A stretch of DNA of 64,000 nt from Thermodesulfobacteriota bacterium (lineage in GTDB: Bacteria; Desulfobacterota_D; UBA1144; Nemesobacterales; UBA2774), in NCBI GenBank assembly GCA_965216785.1, contig OZ244197.1:1184001-1248000 (forward strand), read 5' to 3'. Made by a program: the position numbers and the translations under genes. Of this stretch, positions 38,425 to 47,704 are shown one piece after another. The notes beneath the pieces were generated by a model. That model was not told where the DNA came from. It worked only from the letters and a program-made list of their open reading frames with translations, and did not search any database. Positions within the stretch are counted from its first letter, which is position 1, and each line of letters starts with the position of its first letter.

Positions 38425-38904
38425 TTGAGTAAAAAGTCCACGAAAAGAGCAGTTGAAGTTATAAATACCGAGCTAGTGTTCCCCACCCATACCAATCACT
38501 ACGGTACGATTTTCGGCGGACGGGTGCTCGAGCTCATGGACACTACGGGGGCTCTTGCGGCCATGCGTTTTGCGAACGAAGAGGCTGTGACGGCGTCGAT
38601 CGAGGCAATCGATTTTAAAAAACCCATAAAAGTGGGTGATATTATTGAGCTCAAGGCAAGGGTTATATATACAGCCAATACATCTATGGTTGTTAAAGTA
38701 GACGTATTCAGGGTCAATAAGTTCAGCTCAAAGGAGGAGTTCGCATGCAGCGGCTATCTCGTATTCGTAGCCGTAGACTCAAACGGAGAGCCAAGGGTCG
38801 TGCCTCAGCTCCGGTGCGTGACTAAAGAAGAAAAAAAATACTGTAAGATCGGCGAAGGGATTAAAAAACGCTCACAGGAAAGAAGAAAGAGAGAAGCTGA
38901 GTAA
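38425..38904 (+). CDS. Acyl-CoA thioesterase (HotDog fold)
   Basis: PTHTNHYGTIFGG...MD, VTAS, FVAVD...P. Confidence 0.9.
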   Translation: MSKKSTKRAVEVINTELVFPTHTNHYGTIFGGRVLELMDTTGALAAMRFANEEAVTASIEAIDFKKPIKVGDIIELKARVIYTANTSMVVKVDVFRVNKFSSKEEFACSGYLVFVAVDSNGEPRVVPQLRCVTKEEKKYCKIGEGIKKRSQERRKREAE

Positions 38905-38969
38905 TAAGGGTTGTTCCTGAAATAGACGCATCGTCTTTCACTGCCGATAACTATTTTGTGTATTTATTC

Positions 38970-39236
38970 CTACTCAGGCATCTGAGATTCCATCTCAGAG
39001 CAGTTCACTGCTCCGTCAGGGCCTGAGAGGCGGCTGCAGCTATACGTCCTTCCGTTACATAGCGCTTGCCAGGTGGCGCTTCCGTCATCGTGGATTACAT
39101 GCTGTATTACTTCAATGTGGTCTGCACTGCAGGGTATATGTGGCACCGACTCTTCCTGAAGGGACTGTATTACGTAAGGGTTTCCGCAAGAGAAAGAAGC
39201 AAGCGCAAGAACCGCAATTATAAGTGTCTTTTTCAT
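38970..39236 (-). CDS. Small Cys-containing lipoprotein
   Basis: MKK-hydrophobic-SFSC lipobox; four further Cys. Confidence 0.65.
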   Translation of the reverse strand: MKKTLIIAVLALASFSCGNPYVIQSLQEESVPHIPCSADHIEVIQHVIHDDGSATWQALCNGRTYSCSRLSGPDGAVNCSEMESQMPE

Positions 39237-39352
39237 CCTTCACCGCCTTCTGAGTTTTGTGTTCTGTCTGCTAAAGTGTTGCGTTACCAAATTGATTAAT
39301 CATAATAAGCTACAATGATGAAACTTTCAATCTTGGCAGGATCGAAAATAAA

Positions 39353-40372
39353 GTGAAGGCTATAGTGCTAACCAAAACGGGCGGCCCCGATAAATTGGTT
39401 GTTTCCGACGTCGGCGAGCCTGCTATCGGCCCCGGCGAGGTACGTGTGAGGGTTCACTATGCGGGGATAAACTACGCCGAGATACTCTCCCGTAAGGGGC
39501 TGTACGGATGGGCTCCGAAGAGGCCTTATATATTGGGCATGGAGGCTTCAGGTGTGATAGAGGAGCTCGGGCAGGGAGTGGATAAGTCGCGTCTTGGCCA
39601 GCAAGTAATGGTGGGGACAAAAACCGGGGCCTATGCCGAAGAAATAGTCGTTCCAGAAAATCAGGCGATCCCTTCTCCAAAAGGCTTTACAATGGAGGAA
39701 AGCGCGGCGTTCCTGGTTAATTATTTGACTGCCTGGGTTTCGTTATTCACCATGGCCAACACAAAGCCCGGGGAAACGGTTTTGATAACAGCGGCGGCAG
39801 GCGGGGTGGGTACGGCCGCGGTACAGCTCGCCTGTGCTCATGGGTGCAGCGTGTACGGTATGGCCGGAAGTGAGGAGAAGATAGATTTTATAAAATCACT
39901 CGGCGCGAAAGATGCTTTTAATTACAGATTGTCCAATTGTTTCGAAGCTTTACTCTCTCAAACAAATGGAGTTGACGTAGCGCTCGAGACGGTTGGGGGA
40001 GAAGTTTTCAAAAAGAGCTTAAACAGTTTAAATCCGTTTGGCCGGATTGTTGTGGCCGGTTTCGCGAGCCTCGACCTTAAAAAATGGAACCCGTTTTCTT
40101 GGTACAAGACCTGGCGGGACTTGCCCGGTGCGGATATAAGAATAATGTCTCAGAAGTCTGTCGCCGTTATGTCGTGCCACATAGGTTATCTATTGGAAGA
40201 AGAGCCGAAAAAGATAGAAGAAAATTACGGAGAGCTTAAAGATTTTGTTCATAAACACGGGATAAAACCTTTAGTAGGCAAGGTGTTCTCATTTAAAGAG
40301 GCGCGCGATGCGCACAGTTACATTGAATCGAGAAAAAGTGCCGGGAAGGTTCTTTTAAAACTTACAGACTGA
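39353..40372 (+). CDS. MDR-family NADPH:quinone oxidoreductase-like protein
   Basis: GINYAE, GMEASG, AAAGGVG, GKVLL. Confidence 0.88.
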   Translation: MKAIVLTKTGGPDKLVVSDVGEPAIGPGEVRVRVHYAGINYAEILSRKGLYGWAPKRPYILGMEASGVIEELGQGVDKSRLGQQVMVGTKTGAYAEEIVVPENQAIPSPKGFTMEESAAFLVNYLTAWVSLFTMANTKPGETVLITAAAGGVGTAAVQLACAHGCSVYGMAGSEEKIDFIKSLGAKDAFNYRLSNCFEALLSQTNGVDVALETVGGEVFKKSLNSLNPFGRIVVAGFASLDLKKWNPFSWYKTWRDLPGADIRIMSQKSVAVMSCHIGYLLEEEPKKIEENYGELKDFVHKHGIKPLVGKVFSFKEARDAHSYIESRKSAGKVLLKLTD

Positions 40373-40434
40373 TATGCGCAGATTATGGGTCCTTGGTTTT
40401 TTTGTGCTGTTAAGAAAGAAGAATATAGTGGATG

Positions 40435-41586
40435 CTATGCCATTTCTTCTTTTCCTGAAATCAGGCGGTCGAGTATTTCTTTTTGTATAACTTCGATATC
40501 ATCCCTTACTTTCGCAATATCTTCTGTAGATTTACCCCTTTCCTCACACTCCTCTACAAGATCATCTAGGTTTGCCCCGATCTGCTTTAACTTTGTCTGA
40601 GCCTCAATGTTTGCTTTTATGAGCATATCCTCGCTTTCCCATTCACGCTTTGAGTACTCATCCAGCTCCTTAGCCTGGATCAATAGCTCTCTTACCCTGT
40701 CTTTGTAGCCGTAAAGCGCTTGGTGAATGACGGATTGTATCTCTGTTATCTCCCCGGGCTCTCTCCATAGAACATTTTCGAAAAACCGTAGGTCATCCTC
40801 ACCGACCTCTTGTCTTCCGTCGAGATAAGCTTTTGCTTTAAGAAGGTCTACGGACTGTTTGAATCGTCTGTCTGAAGGAGTAATACCCTTTTTCGCAAGC
40901 TCTTTACGTATTCTCGCTGTGAGCTTAAGTATATTGGAGGGGACGCTGACACTCTGTGTGCCAAGCCTGCACTCCTCAAGCTCCTCGGGTGTTATTACCG
41001 ACTCCTCAGCTTGGGTTCCCTCTCCGTCCAGCATTTTAAGGAACCTGAAGTCTTCTTTTATATAGTCAACCACATATCGGAGTAAGAATCTGTCGTAGAG
41101 CGCCTCAAGCTCGTCTTCTTCACTTGGGAGTTCGTTACTTGCGCCGAATAGTGAAATGAGGGGGATTCGGAGCTTGTCTGAGCCGTTATAGTAAACTCTC
41201 TCGTTCATGATTGTAAGAAGTGTGTTCAGGATCGAAGAGCTTGCCTTAAACACTTCGTCCAAAAACGCGATATGCGCCTCGGGCAGCTTCCCCGTGATTA
41301 CCCTTCTGTACTCATCATTCTCTAAACCTTTCAGGCTCACGGCTCCGAAAAGCTCTTCAGGTGTTGTGAACTTTGTAAGCAGCCACTGAAAGTAACTTGC
41401 ACCCTGGATCCTGCCGCACAGCTCACTCACAATCTGAGACTTGGCTGTACCCGGAGGACCGACAAGGAGCAGGTGGTTCTGAGTTAGAAGCGCGCAGAAC
41501 GCGCCCTCTATTACCTGATCCCTTTCAAAGTATTTTGACTTTAACTCTTTTTCGATTTGCTTTAGTTTTTCTAGAGCTCTTTCCAT
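40435..41586 (-). CDS. MoxR/RavA-like AAA+ ATPase
   Basis: GPPGTAKS Walker A, TTPEELFG, FLDEVFKA, GASNELP, ALYDRF, SDRR. Confidence 0.88.
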   Translation of the reverse strand: MERALEKLKQIEKELKSKYFERDQVIEGAFCALLTQNHLLLVGPPGTAKSQIVSELCGRIQGASYFQWLLTKFTTPEELFGAVSLKGLENDEYRRVITGKLPEAHIAFLDEVFKASSSILNTLLTIMNERVYYNGSDKLRIPLISLFGASNELPSEEDELEALYDRFLLRYVVDYIKEDFRFLKMLDGEGTQAEESVITPEELEECRLGTQSVSVPSNILKLTARIRKELAKKGITPSDRRFKQSVDLLKAKAYLDGRQEVGEDDLRFFENVLWREPGEITEIQSVIHQALYGYKDRVRELLIQAKELDEYSKREWESEDMLIKANIEAQTKLKQIGANLDDLVEECEERGKSTEDIAKVRDDIEVIQKEILDRLISGKEEMA

Positions 41587-42689
41587 GATATTATGTCCAC
41601 GACCTGTCTATTGTCTATATTGTTTTTTCTGAGAACAGCTTCAATGACTCTTTTGGTTGGATTATATTCTCCCAGGCTTCCTACAGCTTTTACAGAAAAG
41701 ACATCGCTCTTTCCGGAGCTATATGCAACTCCAACAAGACCCGCGCTGATTTCGGCCGTGGGGTCGGCGTCCTTTGCAACCTCTCTTGCTCTACCTTGAC
41801 CGATTATCGTGTGTTCCTCTCTTGCCGCTATGATGTCATCCGCTATCTGCTCGGCGATGTCGTCCGTAACTTCTATAGGCTCGCGGTTCTGCTCTTTATC
41901 ATCATCTTCAAGATCGAGCGCTGGCACGGTCGCGGCTTTTACGGCGGCCATTAGTACGACTTTTGGCGCAGTGGTGAAATTAATTTTTTTGTCTTTAGGA
42001 TAGATAGTCACAAAATCCTTTATCGTATTGTAGAATTCATCGTCCATTCCGTCAATCATACGAATCTCATTTAAACTGTCGAGAGGGCCGTCTTTTATGC
42101 CGTAGGGCTCTTGCAGACCAGAGTAAAAACCACTGTTTGCCCCTTGGGAGTCCTGGTCGTTCTCTGCTCCCGACAGAGGGGCATCAAGCCAATTGGTCAA
42201 GCTTGCTATAAACCGCTCGGACTTGCTCTCATCCACTTCGAGATAGGTAAAAAGCTCCTGGAGCTCGGTGAGTACCTGCTGGTCCACCCTGTTTGTAGAA
42301 GGATTTACTAGTGCGTTTAGGTTTATCTTTGCTCTCTCGTCGACAACCGTGACCGCTACCCCGCCCTCGCCAACCGGGAAATAGGGCACGTTTATGGCCC
42401 AGTAACCCTCAGAGTTGTCCGCACTAAGACTCAGGGTTGTTGAAACGTCCGTTAGCTCTTCCAGCGCTTGAGCTTTCATGGTGCCGGCAGCTACGTGAAT
42501 GCCGGATTTTGCTATATAGCGAGCCCTCATTTGATCTTTGGTATTGGCGGATATCTCGGTGTCAATATGGGTGAAATATATCATGTCTCCAACCACGATT
42601 GTCAGGATGGCTACAATGATTATCACCAGGACAAGCACAATACCTTTTTCAGACTCTTTTTTCTTAACTTGTTTAAGTTCGTACTTCAT
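41571..42689 (-). CDS. gspK: Type II secretion minor pseudopilin GspK
   Basis: KG-IVLVLV prepilin-like N-terminus, DERAKINLN, KINFTTAP. Confidence 0.88.
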   Translation of the reverse strand: MKYELKQVKKKESEKGIVLVLVIIIVAILTIVVGDMIYFTHIDTEISANTKDQMRARYIAKSGIHVAAGTMKAQALEELTDVSTTLSLSADNSEGYWAINVPYFPVGEGGVAVTVVDERAKINLNALVNPSTNRVDQQVLTELQELFTYLEVDESKSERFIASLTNWLDAPLSGAENDQDSQGANSGFYSGLQEPYGIKDGPLDSLNEIRMIDGMDDEFYNTIKDFVTIYPKDKKINFTTAPKVVLMAAVKAATVPALDLEDDDKEQNREPIEVTDDIAEQIADDIIAAREEHTIIGQGRAREVAKDADPTAEISAGLVGVAYSSGKSDVFSVKAVGSLGEYNPTKRVIEAVLRKNNIDNRQVVDIISWKEL

Positions 42690-42731
42690 ACCTTTTGTTT
42701 GCCTACGTAATTGCTTTTTATATTAGTATAG

Positions 42732-43421
42732 CTAATTTGTGTCTACGACCGGTATTACTACTAGTGAGTTAAACTCCAAGTCCTCTCCCCTGGGGCTTCT
42801 CATTATTAAGTTGATATTCACGGCATCCGGTAGTGACAGTGCAGTATTTGAATCCCACTCTAAAGTTATATCTTCAGCTTCGGGCTCAAGCCCCGGGCTG
42901 CCGATGTAACTTAGTGTAAACCCGACTACGCGCTCAGACAGAGGGTACTGAGTCCCCGCTCTATCAGTTCCCATTCTGGGGTTATCTCTTCTCATCAGGG
43001 CAAAAAGATCGGAATCTGCTATGGGCTCGACAAAGTAGCTGATCTCCGTTTGGTCCGACTCCCTTGCGTCCGGTGTCGGGGTCCTGGAGAGAGAAGTGAA
43101 TGTAAGAGTGCTGAAATTCCCTTCTTTCGAGCCTTCAAAATACCGGTAGACTGAATCCTGTGAATCTGAGGTTACAATTCCCCTCTCAAACGCGGTCGCA
43201 ATATCTGTTGTCATTTTCGACATTACCACTCTGGATTCATGATAGAGTTCGAGCTCCTGCTCGACCCTTTCCTTAGCCTTCATTACCTGAAAGAACGAGG
43301 CATAGAGAATAGTCAGAACAATAGAGCCGATGAATACTGCTACCAGTACCTCTATTAGGGTAAATCCTCTATCTGTAGTTTGATATCGCAGTCGCAACGG
43401 TAAACTCCCTCTGTCCTTCAT
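42732..43421 (-). CDS. gspJ: Type II secretion pseudopilin GspJ
   Basis: RG-FTLIEVL methylation motif, C-terminal LP.AV; gene order. Confidence 0.82.
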   Translation of the reverse strand: MKDRGSLPLRLRYQTTDRGFTLIEVLVAVFIGSIVLTILYASFFQVMKAKERVEQELELYHESRVVMSKMTTDIATAFERGIVTSDSQDSVYRYFEGSKEGNFSTLTFTSLSRTPTPDARESDQTEISYFVEPIADSDLFALMRRDNPRMGTDRAGTQYPLSERVVGFTLSYIGSPGLEPEAEDITLEWDSNTALSLPDAVNINLIMRSPRGEDLEFNSLVVIPVVDTN

Positions 43422-43812
43422 CCCAGGTTACAGTTAGCATCACTATCCTGATCTCAGTGCCCAGCTGCTCGATATTATATGGCAGCACGGTTAAGTACCA
43501 GCTGAAACCGGGGGACTCTTCAAACACTCCCTGCTCCTCTCCCTCTTCGGGATAACCGGATAGCTCGATTTCGCCCAATTTTTGCTGAGCCAGGGAGGAT
43601 GCGATGGATAGATTCTTCGAGCGTGAGGCCAGTATCAGGTTTTTGTTGACCGCTCCGAGCAAAATGGCAAGGGACGCTCCGAGTATCGCAACGGCAATAA
43701 TGACTTCAAGAAGGGAAAAGCCCCTCATCCCGGATGCAGCGCGCCCACTGACGGTATACTTGTGCGTGTTATTATGAACTTGAGTTTGATTATTGCCTGA
43801 GGAGCTCGACAT
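43369..43812 (-). CDS. gspI: Type II secretion pseudopilin GspI
   Basis: RG-FSLLEVI motif; true start may be 43728. Confidence 0.82.
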   Translation of the reverse strand: MSSSSGNNQTQVHNNTHKYTVSGRAASGMRGFSLLEVIIAVAILGASLAILLGAVNKNLILASRSKNLSIASSLAQQKLGEIELSGYPEEGEEQGVFEESPGFSWYLTVLPYNIEQLGTEIRIVMLTVTWDEGQREFTVATAISNYR

Positions 43813-44305
43813 ATTCGTTATATATCCTTGTGCCGCCGGTATAAGGTTTTGTTTCTAGAGTATAGTTTTTATCTTCGTCATCGGTTCTTAAATGGATCAC
43901 CGCGGGCTCTACGAATCCAGTAGGTAAGAAGAGTATGAATTCCTCGTCCTCGTCAAGAGCACTCCTTCCGACACTCCTCTCAGTAATAACGTCTTGGAAG
44001 TACACACCGCTTGGAAGCTTTCGCCTTCTGTGGTAGGGGTCTGTCGATTGTACGTATTCTCCATTATTCAGAGTCTCTATCCAGTACTCATTCTCCTCCA
44101 GATTGAAGGCGAGCTTATATATGTTTTTTTTGAACACCGCTTCGTTATAGAGATATTTTATGGTAGCCGTCAGGTTCCTTGAGGCGCTCTTGATATTTAT
44201 CTCAGTCCCGGTTTTGATTTTCGGGACAACGATCATAACAAAAGTTCCTACAATAAATATGACCACCAGAAGCTCTATAAGTGTAAAGCCCCGGTCTTTA
44301 TTCAT
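43790..44305 (-). CDS. gspH: Type II secretion pseudopilin GspH
   Basis: [14 protein letters not shown]; gene order. Confidence 0.82.
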   Translation of the reverse strand: MNKDRGFTLIELLVVIFIVGTFVMIVVPKIKTGTEINIKSASRNLTATIKYLYNEAVFKKNIYKLAFNLEENEYWIETLNNGEYVQSTDPYHRRRKLPSGVYFQDVITERSVGRSALDEDEEFILFLPTGFVEPAVIHLRTDDEDKNYTLETKPYTGGTRIYNEYVELLRQ

Positions 44306-44730
44306 CGTATAGTGCGGCTTGAGATGTCATCTTCGGTCTGCTCCACACCGTCTTCACCTAAAGATATTATCTCGTATGTGCCGTCACCCGTCTGGTCCGG
44401 GCCTATGTAAATGTATTCGCTCTTCCACCCATCGAGCGGTACCTGGTCGCCGTCAAGATATGCTTCCTTGGAGTAACAGCACGTTTCTCTTCCAACAGTG
44501 GGCATCTGTATTAGAGCGTCCAATCCCTGCTGAGTTTCCGGATAAAAACCATTGTCCAGCTTAAAGAGCTTTAATGCGCCCTCCAGGCTCTTGATCTGAA
44601 TCTTGGTTTGTTCTACTTTTGATTTATTGAAACTGCCCATAACATTTGTGCCTACTATATAGGCCAGTCCCGCTATGATCAGCAGAACCACCATTATTTC
44701 GATTAGCGTGAAACCGCCTTGTGCCTTCAT
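44302..44730 (-). CDS. gspG: Type II secretion major pseudopilin GspG
   Basis: GG-FTLIEIM, FKLDNGFYP..QGLDAL, SLGEDG...DDI. Confidence 0.92.
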   Translation of the reverse strand: MKAQGGFTLIEIMVVLLIIAGLAYIVGTNVMGSFNKSKVEQTKIQIKSLEGALKLFKLDNGFYPETQQGLDALIQMPTVGRETCCYSKEAYLDGDQVPLDGWKSEYIYIGPDQTGDGTYEIISLGEDGVEQTEDDISSRTIR

Positions 44731-44745
44731 TTCAGTACTACCTCC

Positions 44746-45951
44746 TTAACCAATTGTTGATGTCAAATTAAATATGGGCAACAGCACAGCAAATACTATG
44801 AAGCCCATAATTGCGCCTATTATTACTATCATAACAGGCTCGAGCAGAGATGTCAGAGTCGAAACCATGGTCTCGACCTGCTGGTCGTAGATGTCGGCAA
44901 CCTTAACCAGCATCTCTTCCATTTCTCCCGTCTGCTCGCCGACCGCGATCATGCGGCTTACAAGCGGCGGGAATACGCCGCTGTCTCTTAGCGGCTGCGC
45001 AAGGCTCGCCCCTTCCCTTACGTTTGTCCTTACTTCTTCGAGAGTTCTGCAGTATACCTCGTTACCCATAACCGCCTCACCTATCTTAAGGGCTTCAAGG
45101 AGTGGAATGCCGCTCGAAAGCAGCGTCCCCAGTGTGCGTGTGAACCTGGATATAACAACCATTGTCGTGATCTTACCGAACACGGGAAGCTTAAGTGACA
45201 GGCGGTCAAAAAACATCTTTCCCCGTTCCGTTTTATAAAAGCGGAGAGCAGCCAGAACAACTACGGCTGTGAGTATAAGCATTAACAGTATATTGTTACT
45301 CAGGAATCCGCTTATATTGATAAGTATAACTGTCATCATGGGCAGGGCGCTATCACTCTCTTCAAATATTTTCCCGATTCTGGGTATTACGTAAGTCATT
45401 GTGAAAAATAGCACTCCACCGCCAATAACAAACATGAAGATTGGATAGATCAGTGCACCTCTAACACGAGAGGTTAGAGCAGCCTGCTTTTCCAGAAAAT
45501 CCGCAAGTCTCAAGAGAACAATGTCGAGAGTACCGCTTGCTTCACCGGCTCTTACTATATTTATGTAGAGGTCCGAGAATATATTCTGATGCTCACCCAG
45601 AGCGTTCGCCAGAGAGCTTCCCTCGCTTACTCTGTCTTTTACCTGTGTGAGTACCTGGCCGAGCCTCTTGTCCTCGGTTTGCTCGGAAAGCGCGGTGAGT
45701 GAGGCCTCCAGAGGCAGCCCCGCTGAAATCAAAGTGGAAAATTGTCTTGTGGTTACAGCAAGCTCCGAAATATTTACGCTTTTAAAAGGAATAATACTCC
45801 GTGCTCGCCCTTCTTTTACTTCGTTTAAGGATGAGAGAAAAACACCCTGACGTTTCAGCTTATCCGTAGCGCCTTTAGGTGAATCGGCGTCAATAACGCC
45901 TTGAACCGATTTTCCGGCCTCATCTATTGCTTTGTACTTATATACCGGCAT
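44746..45951 (-). CDS. gspF: Type II secretion platform protein GspF
   Basis: AGEASG, ALIYP, VGEQTG, LLEP. Confidence 0.93.
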   Translation of the reverse strand: MPVYKYKAIDEAGKSVQGVIDADSPKGATDKLKRQGVFLSSLNEVKEGRARSIIPFKSVNISELAVTTRQFSTLISAGLPLEASLTALSEQTEDKRLGQVLTQVKDRVSEGSSLANALGEHQNIFSDLYINIVRAGEASGTLDIVLLRLADFLEKQAALTSRVRGALIYPIFMFVIGGGVLFFTMTYVIPRIGKIFEESDSALPMMTVILINISGFLSNNILLMLILTAVVVLAALRFYKTERGKMFFDRLSLKLPVFGKITTMVVISRFTRTLGTLLSSGIPLLEALKIGEAVMGNEVYCRTLEEVRTNVREGASLAQPLRDSGVFPPLVSRMIAVGEQTGEMEEMLVKVADIYDQQVETMVSTLTSLLEPVMIVIIGAIMGFIVFAVLLPIFNLTSTIG

Positions 45952-46003
45952 ATTTTAGTGTGTTGATATTTTATATTAACCCATCTGTTATAGTTATTAT
46001 TGC

Positions 46004-47689
46004 TTAATCTTTAGCATTCTCTTCATCTGTCACGCGCATCACTTCATCTATGGAAGTCTGCCCTTTTAATACCTTGTCGGCTCCGTCCTGTCTGAGTGTG
46101 GTCATTCCGTGCTCGACAGCGTTTTTCTTTATCTGCCCAGAGTCTACATGACCCAGGGTTAAATTTCTGATTTCGTCGTCGATAAGAAGCATCTCGAATA
46201 TCGCCATTCTCCCGCTGTAGCCTGTGTCAAAGCACTTTTCACAGCCTTTAGCGCGGTAAAGTATACCGTCAACCAGATCTTCAGGCTTAAGACCAACCTG
46301 CAGCAGCTCGTCCAAATGGGGCTGATACGGCTCTTTGCAGGCGTTGCATAGAAAACGCAGGAGTCTCTGCGCGATTACCGCCATAAGGGCTGAAGCTACC
46401 AGGAACGGTTCGATTTCCATATCTATTAATCTTGTTATTGCGCTTGCTGAATCGTTTGTATGCAAAGTCGAGAAAACAAGGTGACCGGTAAGCGACGCGT
46501 GAATCGCTATGTCGGCGGTTTCTTTGTCACGAATCTCACCCACGAGTATTACGTCCGGGTCCTGACGCAGTATGGACCTGAGACCGTTTGCGAAGCTCAA
46601 ATTTACTTTAGGGTTAACCTGTATCTGATTAATTCCCTGTATCTGATATTCCACCGGGTCTTCAACTGTTATGATCTTTTTATCCGGAGAGTTAATTCTC
46701 TCAAGACCCGCGTATAGGGTGGTGGTCTTACCGCTACCAGTGGGTCCTGTTACGAGTACTATGCCATGAGGGCGATGAATCAGGGTTTCCACAGTATTGA
46801 GTTTTTCCCCATGCAGACCCAGGTCTTCAAGGCTCAATAGAACCGATGAGCGGTCGAGCAGCCTCATTACCACGCTCTCGCCCCAGGTGGTTGGCACGGT
46901 AGATATCCTGACGTCTACGTCCCTTCCTGCCACTTTTACTCTAATTCTCCCGTCCTGGGGTTTTCTCTTCTCCGCTATGTCGAGCTCTGCCATAATCTTA
47001 ACCCTTGAGATTATAGAAGCCTGGAGTCTTTTCGGAACAGAGGTGATCTCGTGAAGCAGCCCGTCCTTTCTAAACCTTACGGAAACTTCTTTTTCAAAGC
47101 ATTCAAGATGGATATCGCTCGCTTTTTCTTTTACCGCTTGAAAGAGAAGGGAGTTTACAAACCTGATTATAGGGGCTTCGTCTTCAGCCTCAAGTAGATC
47201 TTTAGGCTCGTGTAAATCGTATTCTGCAATTCCCGCTGTTTCATCTTCCTCGATCCCTTCGGTCATTTCCTTCCCGCGCTCATATATGCGGTTAATGCTG
47301 TTTATGACGACATGGTTTAGAGCCAGGACCGGCTCGATCTCACGGCCGAACAGAGATTTCATCTCATCAAGTGCGTAGAGATCCACGGGGGGCGCAAAAA
47401 CGATGACGACTTTATCGTCTTTTGTCTGATATGGGATAAGCCTGAATTTCTTGGCAAAGCTTATGGGGAGCGTCTTAATGAGCTCCTGGTCAATTTCTTT
47501 TTCAGAAATACTGAGCGTATAGGGAAAATCATAGAACTCTGATAGGATTTCTAGTACTTGCTCTTCTGTTAAAACTTCTGACTTGAGGAGAGTTTCTTCT
47601 AAGCTCTCACCGTTTTTCTGAAGCAGCTCGTCTATTTTGACGAGCGCGTCAGGATTTTTCTCGCTTATAATTTCTTGTATGCTTTTCAT
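46004..47689 (-). CDS. gspE: Type II secretion ATPase GspE
   Basis: ASDIH, GPTGSGKT, EDPVE, LRQDPD, STLHTN, two CxxC. Confidence 0.94.
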   Translation of the reverse strand: MKSIQEIISEKNPDALVKIDELLQKNGESLEETLLKSEVLTEEQVLEILSEFYDFPYTLSISEKEIDQELIKTLPISFAKKFRLIPYQTKDDKVVIVFAPPVDLYALDEMKSLFGREIEPVLALNHVVINSINRIYERGKEMTEGIEEDETAGIAEYDLHEPKDLLEAEDEAPIIRFVNSLLFQAVKEKASDIHLECFEKEVSVRFRKDGLLHEITSVPKRLQASIISRVKIMAELDIAEKRKPQDGRIRVKVAGRDVDVRISTVPTTWGESVVMRLLDRSSVLLSLEDLGLHGEKLNTVETLIHRPHGIVLVTGPTGSGKTTTLYAGLERINSPDKKIITVEDPVEYQIQGINQIQVNPKVNLSFANGLRSILRQDPDVILVGEIRDKETADIAIHASLTGHLVFSTLHTNDSASAITRLIDMEIEPFLVASALMAVIAQRLLRFLCNACKEPYQPHLDELLQVGLKPEDLVDGILYRAKGCEKCFDTGYSGRMAIFEMLLIDDEIRNLTLGHVDSGQIKKNAVEHGMTTLRQDGADKVLKGQTSIDEVMRVTDEENAKD

Positions 47690-47704
47690 GATAGCCTGAG
47701 TGGA

